The notes below the pieces were generated by a model. It was not told the origin of the DNA. It did no database searches and saw only the letters and a program-made list of their open reading frames with translations. A program made the position numbers and the translations under genes. Positions 22,851-32,639 of a stretch of DNA of 64,000 nt are shown piece after piece. Within the stretch, counting starts at the first letter, position 1, and the number at the start of each line of letters is the position of its first letter. The DNA lies in contig NC_091984.1 of assembly GCF_044704955.1 (NCBI RefSeq), forward strand, positions 145,390,001-145,454,000, written 5' to 3'. This stretch comes from Pristiophorus japonicus (taxonomy: Eukaryota).

Positions 22851-23179
22851 GCCGAGGGAAGACACCACCCACGCTGACCCTGCTGCCCCCCTCCCCGGAG
22901 GAGGTCACGACCAAGGGCACTGCCACCCTGGTGTGCCTCGCCGATCACTTCTACCCCGATGCGGTGGAGGTGGAGTGGAAGAAGGACGGGGCGACCATTT
23001 CGGCCGGGGTCCAGACCAGCGACTACCTGCGAGCTTCGGACAACACCTACAGTGTCAGCAGCCTGCTGACCCTCTCTGGCTCCGACTGGGAGTCCAACGC
23101 CAGATTCTCCTGCAGCCTCATCCACGAGAGCCTCTCCTCTCCCCTCAGCAAGGGGGTCAGGAGAGCAGAATGTGCGTAG
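22851..23179 (+). CDS. IGKC: Ig kappa (shark type III/NS4-like) constant exon, intact
   Basis: Acceptor TCCCTTTCAG| at 22850, phase 1. It encodes (S)RGKTPPTLTLLPPSPEEVTTKGTATLVCLADHFYPDAVEVEWKKDG...DNTYSVSSLLTLSGSDWESNARFSCSLIHESLSSPLSKGVRRAECA*, with C1-set Cys/Trp and a penultimate interchain Cys. Confidence 0.97.
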
Positions 23180-23334
23180 TGTGTCAGAGACAGTCCGGGG
23201 GAGACACAACTTTAAATAGAACAGGGGGTGAGCTGGGAGGCCAAAGGTCATTGTCAGCACTGCATTTCTCCTCTCTTCCTTCTCGGGACTGGGTCAGGGA
23301 AAGCATCTGAGGGTCAGGGGGTAAGGCACGTTAT

Positions 23335-23482
23335 TGGGGCAGTGTAGAGGGAGCTTTACTCTGTATCTAACCCGTGCTGTACCTGCCCTGGGAGTGTTTC
23401 ATGGGACAGTGTAGAGGGAGCTTTACTCTGTATCGAATCTGTGCTGTACCTGCCCTGGGAGGGTTTGATGGGACAGTGTTGA
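23335..23482 (+). repeat. ~67-bp tandem repeat (GGGACAGTGTAGAGGGAGCTTTACTCTGTATC...), about 2.2 copies, in the IgK 3' UTR
   Basis: Direct repeat at ~23338, ~23404 and a partial copy at ~23470. Confidence 0.85.
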
Positions 23483-23769
23483 CTCGTGCTGCCAAGTAAA
23501 ATCTCTCGAAGATGCTGAAGACTGTCAGCAAAGTAAAACTAATGTTAAACTGCAAAGTACCGCTTCAGTAAGCAGACCCCCTCCCTGCTCACCCTGCTGT
23601 TACAATTCAAGGTTTAGTCCCCGTTTAAAGGGACAGGATTCTCACGGTGTGGAGAAAACCCCCACAACTGTTTTAATGAAGCTGCATTCTCCCAGTGAAT
23701 GTCTCCAGCTCACTCTCGCTGGGCTGTTTATTCAAGTCTTGTTTCTGTAAATGTGAATCTGTAAAAGGC

Positions 23770-23775
23770 AATAAA
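23770..23775 (+). terminator. Polyadenylation signal of the IgK C gene
   Basis: First AATAAA after the C stop, followed by GT-rich TCTGTGTCTG about 20 nt later. Confidence 0.75.
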
Positions 23776-24267
23776 CATGAAGAATATTCAGTCTGTGTCT
23801 GGCGAGTGCTTTGGAAATGTCCCACCTCCCCCTCAGCTGGATTGACTGCATTTCAGTAAGTGTCTGTCCTGATTGGCTGGGTGGGCTGTCAATCAATGGC
23901 ACTTCAGCAGGAGATTTGATTCAAAGCCAATTATCATTCATTTTAAAACGATCAATTTTACCTCGAACCCCTGGAGTGCACAAGATTAAACACAGAGACA
24001 GTAAAAGCTGCTGGGATTAAACCCTCCCAGTCTGAGCATTGTCTCTCACTCTGCACACTGGGGGGTGTTGGGGCAGCCCCGATAGTGGGATCGCACTGTG
24101 CACTCTGTGCTGACTGCTGGGGGCAATCTGGGGGCACAACATTGCATTCTCTCTCCTTAACATGTGGCTCGTGGCAGCAGCACAAAACTGTACCGAGTGA
24201 GGCCTCAGCTTAGGGAGAGGAGCAGTCAGTGTATCACCATGTACATGTCCCTGAGTGTTAGTGTGGC

Positions 24268-24430
24268 TTACCCAGCACCGCCTGTAGGTGTGTGTATGTG
24301 TGACTGTTACCCAGCACCGCCTGTAGGTGTGTGTGTGTGACAGTTACCCAGCACCGCCTGTAGTTGTTTGTGTGTGTGTGTGTGTGACTGTTACCCAGCA
24401 CCGCCTGTAGGTGTGTGTGTGTGACTGTTA
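24268..24430. repeat. Four identical 20-bp cores TTACCCAGCACCGCCTGTAG separated by GT-microsatellite spacers
   Basis: Cores at 24268, 24307, 24344 and 24391. Confidence 0.92.
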
Positions 24431-24604
24431 CAGTCCTGTCATGGCGGCCTGAAGAGAGTGCCACGATGATGCTCCAGCTCCTGTGGGGGTCGGGGGTCGT
24501 TAGGGGATTGGAGTGAGGGGGGGGTGGGAGACCGGGGCGGGTGATCGGGGGCTGACCTTGTGTGGAACGGTGGGGACCAGGGTGATCGGGGGGGTGTTCT
24601 CAGA

Positions 24605-24950
24605 GTGTCTCACCAATACCCTGTACAGATGTAGCTGGACTTCCCTGCTTTTATACTTCATCCCCCTTGCAATAATGGCCAACATTCTAGTGGCCTTCCT
24701 GATCACTTGCTGTACCTGCAGACTAACTTTTTGTGTTTCATGCACAAGGACACCCAGGTCCCTCTGTACTGCAGTAGTTTCCAATTTTTCTCCATTTAAA
24801 AAAAAATTTGCTTTTCTATTCTTTCTGCCAAAGTGGATAACCTCACATTTTCCCACATTATACTCCATCTGCCAACGTTTTTCCCACTCACTTCGCCTGT
24901 CTATATCCCTTTGTACATTTTCTCCTCCTCACAATTTGCTTTCCCATCCT
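24605..24950 (-). mobile_element. CR1 RT fragment
   Basis: MEYNVGKCEVIHFGRKN...VQRDLGVLVHE. Confidence 0.88.
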
Positions 24951-25399
24951 TCGTCATAGGCAGTCCCTCGGAATCGAGGAAGACTTGCTTCCACTCTTAA
25001 AATCAGTCCTTAGGTGGCTACAGTCCAATACGAGAACCATAGTCCCTGCCATGTGGGGAACGAGAGATGATTCTGCAAACCTGACTGGAGGTTTGGTACA
25101 AACGGGTTTTACAAACCAATCAATTGAGTTTTACAGAAATTGTCAAAAAACGTGGTCTTTTCAGAACCAACATGGCCCTCTTTTGGTATGAAGACAGCAC
25201 TGACAATTTCCCTCACAATTTGACTGAGCTACAATTTTCAATGTCTCCTTACGTGGCTCGCTGTCAATCTTTATTCTATAACGCTCCTGTGAAGCGCTCG
25301 GGGAGTTGCTGTATAAAGGTGCTGTATAAAAGTTGCTATTGTTGTTTGTTCTGAGTTAGCTGTTCCAACTGAGGTCGGGATATGACTCACAGCTCAGAC

Positions 25400-25688
25400 T
25401 GTGCGGCATCCAGTGATGCAATGTTGTATCGTGGGTTCAAGCCCCACTCCAGGGACCTGAGTGCAAAATAAAGACATCCATTACTGTGCAGTCCTGAGGG
25501 AGTGCTGCACTCTAAGCGGGGCAATACTGAGTGAGTACTGCACTGTCAGAGAGGCAGTACTGAGGGAGTGCCACACTGTTGCAGGTGCAGTACTGAGGGT
25601 GTGCCGCACTGTAGGAGGGGCAGCACTGTCTGAGGGGGAGGACTGAGGGAGTGCCGCGCAGTGGGAGAGGTAATGCTGAGGGGGTGCT
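25400..25688 (+). repeat. SINE head followed by a SINE-derived 33-bp tandem repeat, about 5-6 degenerate copies
   Basis: GGGTTCAAGCCCCACTCCAGGGAC head and the unit GGGAGTGCTGCACTGTCAGAGGGGCAGTACTGA. Confidence 0.85.
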
Positions 25689-26797
25689 TGTTGGTGGTTT
25701 TCTCAGGCGTACCGAAAATGCACCTCCTGTTACAAGTTCTGGACGATAGGGATTATATGGACAGATCAGACTCGCACACATGCTTTTCGGTCTCAACCGT
25801 ATTGTGTTTAATAAGATTAGCAACACCACTCATAAACAGTGCAAAACAGTACAACCCTGGCTTGTCCAATAAGCCCTGCCGTGCTAAGTTACCACGGCTT
25901 AATAAAAGAACCCTCCCGTGAAATAAACTAACACAGGACCCCCCCAGCACTAAACCCCTTGGGTTTGGTTGGGACTTACAATCACCCCCTCACACAGCTA
26001 AGTGGTCTTGTGGATGTGTAGGCGCAGGCAATATGCTCACCCTGATTGCCCGTTGTCTTGCTTGCAGCTTCTTCCTGAACGTCTCGCTCCCGGGCTTTTT
26101 CCTGGGCTTTCTTCTGAACTTTTCCTGGGATTTTCCCTGGCATTTTCCCTGGGATTTTTCCAGAACTTTCTTCCTCCTGTTATGGAGCTTGTTGCAAAGC
26201 GGCTCCTTTTCTCCCCAAGTCCCATGATCATTCCTCCTGCCAATACAGACCGATGGATTGATTCCGATGATCTGTCTGGACAACCTCCCCACCCCACGTA
26301 GCCTTTGAAATCTTTGTGAAAAATTATATTTTATTTTCCCGCTCCCAGGCCTTGCATCTGGAGAGACAATGGGTGCTGATTACTGGATGTCTGTCATTTC
26401 CTGAGTTGATGGCCCCCATGAGCAGGTAATGGGTTTCGATCACAAACCGATCTTGCTTAACCGGCTTATCTCCTGCAAGACAATGGACCGGCCATTTCCT
26501 GCCTTGCACCAGTTTGGGTTGGGACTGAGTCGTGACTGTGCATTAATAATGCGAAGGCACAGTGTCTCTGAGTTACCTCTCGGGGTATTGTTCCCAGGAA
26601 TCACTTTAGATGGTGATGACATCAATGGGCCTGGGTTCCCTGCCACCCAGCCTGTCAGTGTGAAATGTCCGGTTGTATATGAATGCACCTCAGTGCCACT
26701 CCCACAAGCTCGCCAAACAGGACAGTTCTTTCTTGGGGATTTGGGTTTAACGGTTTAAAGTATTGTTAATAGAAATGGCCAGAACACTGGTGCTACA
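25689..26797 (-). mobile_element. ~1.1-kb retrovirus-like LTR (copy 1)
   Basis: TGT...CTACA termini and homology to 62700-63825, which has an adjacent PPT. Confidence 0.7.
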
Positions 26798-27531
26798 ATT
26801 CCTCACCTGTCCCTCTCTACTAACCACCCACCCCCCCCAACGGGGATAATAATGGTATGGCCCCACCCCGCCCGGGACAATAACAATAATGGTATGCCCC
26901 CGCCCCCACCTCTCACCGGGACAATAATGTTCAACTAAGCACCACGACAGATGCGAGACTTGTGGAAGAACTTCCTTCTGACTTCGGAAACGTCTTCTCC
27001 TCCAGTCACAGAGGAGATTCTGCCGACTCACCCCCCCACCCCCGCTCAACAGCAGCAGGCCTTGAGATCCCCTGCTGCAAGACGTCTTGGTCCCATTACT
27101 CGGGGAGTTAAATGGGGTGTTACTACAAGGGGGTGTCAAGGTGCAGGAGGGAAGCATGGCCGCAGGTAGGGAGGGGGAGGGGTGGTGCAATATAGTCCTT
27201 AGTTCTTGTTAAAAATACATTTTTGTTGAATGTTCACAGTTGGGGATGGTGGGAGGGTGTTGTTATGTTATTGTTGCGTTACAAATGTTGACTCTTCGGG
27301 GTTGAGGTGGTAGGGTTATATATGTTTGTACAAAACATTTTCACATTCTTCTTTAATTATTAAACACATTAATTTAACTTTACAATTGTCCTGAAGTGTC
27401 TTCTTATAACGTAAGGTATACATCAGTACAATGGTTGGGAACAATGGCCAGGCCAGCCCAGGCCAGGCAAGGATGAAACGTAACACAACTATAACTGTCA
27501 CCAATATAAGTTCACGCAAAATGTTCATTTA

Positions 27532-30115
27532 TTAGCTGCTGACGTTCGAGGTTTGCAGCTGCGTAACTTCCACGGGGCTTTTCCAGTGTAGTGGGGGGCG
27601 GCGTGGGGGCATGGGTTCATCACCAGGCTGATTGTCCTCCCCGAGGTCATCATCCTCCTCCTCCTCGTCCTTCTCTTCAGCCTCTCCTCTCTCCTGAGGT
27701 GGACCAGCAGTCACATCTGGCAATTGTTGTCCTCCTCTTATAGCTAGGTTATGCAACATGCAGCACACCTCAATAAACTCAGTGACCTGCTCAGGGTGGT
27801 ACTGTAGGTTGCCTCCTGAATGGTCCAGGCATCTGAAGCGTTGCTTAAGCACCCCAATTGTCTTTTCGATGATATTGCGTGATTGCCTGTCGCAATATGG
27901 CTTTCATTGAAGCGCTTCTCGGCTTCTCTCTGGGGATTACGCAAGGGGCTCATGAGCCAGCTGGCAAGGCCATATCCTTTATCCCCCAGCATCCAACCGT
28001 GACCTTGTGGCTGACTCTTAAACAGGTCAGAGACAGTGTTCTCACACAAGAAATGCACATCATATATGCTTCCTGGAAAATTAGCATTTACTGCCAGAAT
28101 TATTTGTTTGTGGTGGACAACGAGCTGCACATTCAGGGAGTGGAATCCCTTTCGGTTTTAAACAGCTCTTCATTCTGTAAAGTTGCTCTCACGGCGATGT
28201 GCATACAGTCTATTGCTCCCTGCACCTTGGGGAAGTTTGCTATTCTCGAGAACTCCAAAGCCCTCTCAGTCTGTGCCTCCCTGGTCATAGGGAAGCTAAT
28301 AAAGTCACCTGTCGAATGCAACAATGTGTGGCGTGCTGAGAGATACCGCAAATGTCGCCAGCAGAGGCCTGAAAGGAGCCCAATGCGTAGAAGGAAAGTG
28401 GCGCAGTAACCTTAACCTCAACAGGCAGTGCGGTCCTGATGGTGCTGGTAGGCTGCAGATCTCCCTTAATTAACTGGCATATCTCACTGATGACCTTCTT
28501 TCGGAAGCACAGCCTCCCAATGCACGTGTAATCGGACAGGGCCAGGTACAATCGCTTATCAGTGTATATGCATTGGGTATAACGTCTCCTCCGGTTAGTC
28601 TGACATCAGTAGTGGCGAAAATGTTGGAGTCAATTATTAAGGATGAAATAGCAACGCATTTGAAGAGCAGTGACAGGATCGGTCCAAGTCAGCATGGATT
28701 TGTGAAAGGGAAATCATGCTTGACTAATCTTTTGGAATTTTTTGAGGATGTAACTAGTAGAGTGGACAAGGGAAAACCAGTAGATGTGGTGTATTTGAAC
28801 TTTCAAAGGCATTTAACTAGGTCCCACATAAGAGATTGGTGTGCAAAATCAAAGCGCATGGTATTGGGGGTAATGTACTGGCGTGGGTAGAGAATTGGTT
28901 GGCAGACTGGAAGCAGAGAGTCGGGATAAACAGGTCCTTTTCGGAATGGGAGGCAGTGACTAGTGGAGTGCCACAAGGCTCAGTGCTGGGACCCCAGCTC
29001 TTTATAATATACATCAATGATTTGGATGAAGGAATTGAGTGTAATATCTCCAAGTTTGCAGAGGACACTAAACTGGGTGGTGGTGTGAGTTTTGTGGAGG
29101 ATGCTAATGGCTGCAGGGTGATTTGGACAGGTTGGGTGAGTGGGCAAATGCATGCCAGATGCAGTATAATGTGGATAATTGTGAGGTTACCCACTTTGGT
29201 GGCAAAAACACCAGGGCAGAGTATTACCGGAATGGTGGCAGATTAGGAAAAGGGAAGGTGCAACGAGACCTGGGTGTCATGGTTCATCAGTCATTGAAAG
29301 TTGGCATGCAGGTGCAGCAGGCGGTGAAGAAGGCAAATGGTATGTTGGCCTTCATAGCTAGGGGATTTGAGTATAGGAGCAGGGAGGTCTTACTGCATTT
29401 GTACAGGGCCTTGGTGAGGCCTCACCTGGAATATTGTGTTCCGGTTTGGTCTCCTAATCTGAGGAAGGATGTTCTTGCTATTGAGGGAGTGCAGCGAAGG
29501 TTCACCAGACTGATTCCAGGGATGGCTGGACTGACATATGAGGAGCGACTGGATCAACTGGGCCTTTATACACTGGAGTTTAGAAGGATGAGAGGGGATC
29601 TCATAGAAACGTATAAGATTCTGACAGGACGAGACAGGTTAGATGCGGGAAGAATATTCCCGATGTTGGGGAAGTCCAGAACTAGGGGACACAATCTTAG
29701 AATAAGGGGTAGGCCATTTAGGACTGAGATGAGGAGGAACTTCTTCACTCAGAGAGCTGTTAACCTGTGGAATTCCCTACCGCAGAGGGTTGTTGATGCC
29801 AGTTCATTGGATATATTCAAGAGGGAGTTAGATATAGCCCTTACAGCTAAAGGGATCAAGGGGTATGGAGAGAAAGCAGGAAAGGGGTACTGAGGGAATG
29901 ATCAGCCATGATCTTATTGAATGGTGATGCAGGCTTGAAGGGCCGAATGGCCTACTCCTGCACCTATTTTCTATGTTTCTATGTTTCTATGTTTCCTTGT
30001 CAGCAGTCAGCCATCTCTTTGATTGGGCACATAATTCTCTTCAATATATCTTCTCCCATCTGTAGTCTGCAACATGTGATTAGAGACCAATATTGGTTGA
30101 GAAATTACAGGCCCT
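27532..30115 (-). mobile_element. PIF/Harbinger (HARBI1-like DDE) transposase pseudogene, split by a CR1 at 28593-29994
   Basis: FPKVQGAIDCMHIA, GDKGYGLASWLMSPLRNP, LKQRFRCLDHSGG and CCMLHNL. The N-terminal reading continues across the CR1 as LTR|RRRYTQCIY. Confidence 0.9.
28593..29994 (+). mobile_element. Young CR1 LINE, 5'-truncated
   Basis: RT ORFs 28573-28890, 28836-29246 and 29123-29893, with a (TTTCTATG)3 tail. Confidence 0.95.
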
Positions 30116-30619
30116 CACACTATAAATTGCTATAAATGCCCTTAATATGTCCTCAACAGATACAAATGTGATTAGATGATTGGCAAGGGTCAAAAAGACC
30201 CTTAAAACCATTCACAAATTGATTCTCCTCACAAGTACCTGAAGCAGCCTTTCAGTACAGATCCTCCGAGTCATAAAATGATGTCCGTAGTGCCGAGTAC
30301 TGCCGACTAGTGCCGACTTTAGGTCAGGTGATGCAGCTTTTCTTCAGCGACCTTTTTGGCCAGCAATCATTTCGGCGACGTATGGGCGAAATGCCGAAAG
30401 TTGCGGTCGCCAATAACCTGGGTGATAATCTGGCGCAAGTTTCCATTTTTAGACCCAATTTTTGGCCTTGCATGCAGATGATGTCATTTTTTCTTAAAAT
30501 TAGGCCGGGCGATGCTGCACATTCATGTCGCCAAAAGTTGGACCAGCAACAAATGGGCGATAATTGGGTGCTAGTTTCAACTTTTCAGCAAATATGGGCG
30601 ATAGCCTGAATCTTTGCGC

Positions 30620-32246
30620 TTATATGGGCGATTAATGGTCGATAAATGGGTGATCAATGGGCAATCAATGGTCGATCAATGAGCGATAACTGGGCGATCA
30701 ATGGGCGATTAATGGTCAATAAATGAGCGATCAATGGGCAATCAATGGTCGATCAATGAGCGATAACTGGGCGATCAATGGGTGATAACTGGGCAATCAA
30801 TGGTCGATCAATGAACGATAACTGGGCGATCAATGGGTGATAACTGGACGATCAATGGGCGATAACTGGGCGATCAATGGGTGATAACTGGGCGATCAAT
30901 GGGCGATCAATGGGCGATAACTGGGCGATCAATGGTCGATAACTGGGCGATCAATGGGCGATAACTGGGCGATCAATGGGCGATAACTGGGCGATCAATG
31001 GGCGATAACTGGGCGATCAATGGTCGATCAATGTGCGATCAATGGGCGATCAATGGGCGACAAATGGACGATCAATGGGTGATAACTGGGCGATCAATGG
31101 GTGATCAATGGGTGATCAATGGGCGATAACTGGGCGATCAATGGGCGATCAATGGGCGATCAATGGGTGATCAATGGGTGATCAATGGGCGATAACTGGG
31201 CGATCAATGGGCGATCAATGGGCGACAAATGGACGATCAATGGGTGATAACTGGGCGATCAATGGGTGATAACTGGGCGATCAATGGGCGATCAATGGGC
31301 GACAAATGGACGATCAATGGGTGATCACTGGGCGATCAATGGTCGATCAATGGCCGATCAATGGGCGATAACTGGGCGATCAATGGGCGATCAATGGGCG
31401 ACAAATGGACGATCAATGGGTGATAACTGGGCGATCAATGGGTGATAACTGGGCGATCAATGGGCGATAACTGGGCGATCAATGGGCGATCAATGGGCGA
31501 CAAATGGACGATCAATGGGTGATAACTGGGCGATCAATGGGTGATAACTGGGCGATCAATGGGTGATCAATGGGCGACAAATGGGCGATCAATGGGCGAT
31601 AACTGGGCGATCAATGGGTGATAACTGAGCGATCAGTGGGTGATAACTGGGCGATCAATGGGCGATAACTGGGTGATCAATGGGCGATAACTGGACGATC
31701 AATGGTCGATCAATGGTCGATCAATGGGCGATCAATGGGCGAACAATGGGCGACAAATGGACGATCAATGGGCGATCAATGGGCGATCAATGGGCGATCA
31801 ATGGGTGATCAATGAGCGATCAATGGGCGATCAATGGGCGAACAATGGGCGACAAATGGACGATCAATGGGCGATCAATGGGCGATCAATGGGCGAACAA
31901 TGGGCGACAAATGGACGATCAATGGGCGATCAATGGGCGATCAATGGGCGATCAATGGGCGATCAATGGGTGATCAATGAGCGATAACTGGGCGATCAAT
32001 GGTCGATCAATGGGCGATCAATGGGCGATCAATGGGTGATCAATGGGCGATCAATGGGCGATCAATGGGCGATCAATGGGTGATCAATGAGCGATAACTG
32101 GGCGATCAATGGTCGATCAATGGGCGATCAATGGGCGATCAATGGGTGATCAATGGGCGATCAATGGGCGACAAATGGGCGATCAGTGGGCAATAAATGA
32201 GCGATAAATGAGCGATAACTGGGGATCAATGGGCGATCAATGGGCC
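30620..32246 (+). repeat. 11-bp satellite array (TGGGCGATCAA / TGGGCGATAAC variants), ~1.6 kb
   Basis: Continuous 11-bp periodicity with 10-bp variants (GGGCGACAAAT/GGACGAT). Confidence 0.98.
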
Positions 32247-32639
32247 ATGATGTGCTGAACATCTAGCCCGTAGAGTCTTTAACATAGTAAAACATCCCAA
32301 GGTGCTTCACAGGGATGTTATAAGACAAAAAAATATGAAGTTATGGCAGGTGACAAAAAGCTTGCTCAAAGCGGGAGATTTTAAGGCATGTTTTAAAGGA
32401 GGAGGAGAGAGATAGTGAGGTGGAGAGGTTTAAGGAGGGAGTTCTAGAGCTTGGGGCCTAAGCAGCTGGAGGCACATAGATCAAGAACCCCACAGATTCC
32501 TCGATACTGCACCATTCTGTAATCTCTCTCCATTTAAAGAATTTGCTTTTAATTTTTCCTACCAAAGTGGATAACCTCACATTTTCCCACAATATACTTC
32601 ATCTGCCAAATTTTTGCCCACTCACTTAGCCTATTTACA

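Noticed and set aside
24268-24430. CRISPR-like repeat-spacer array
   Set aside because: Vertebrate context, the spacers are GT microsatellite rather than unique sequence, and there are no cas genes.
27532-28551. Domesticated HARBI1 host gene
   Set aside because: Multiple frameshifts, a CR1 insertion and a TIR-like end indicate a dead transposon.
31724-31987. Repetitive ORF MGDQWAINGRS...
   Set aside because: It is a translation of the 11-bp satellite.
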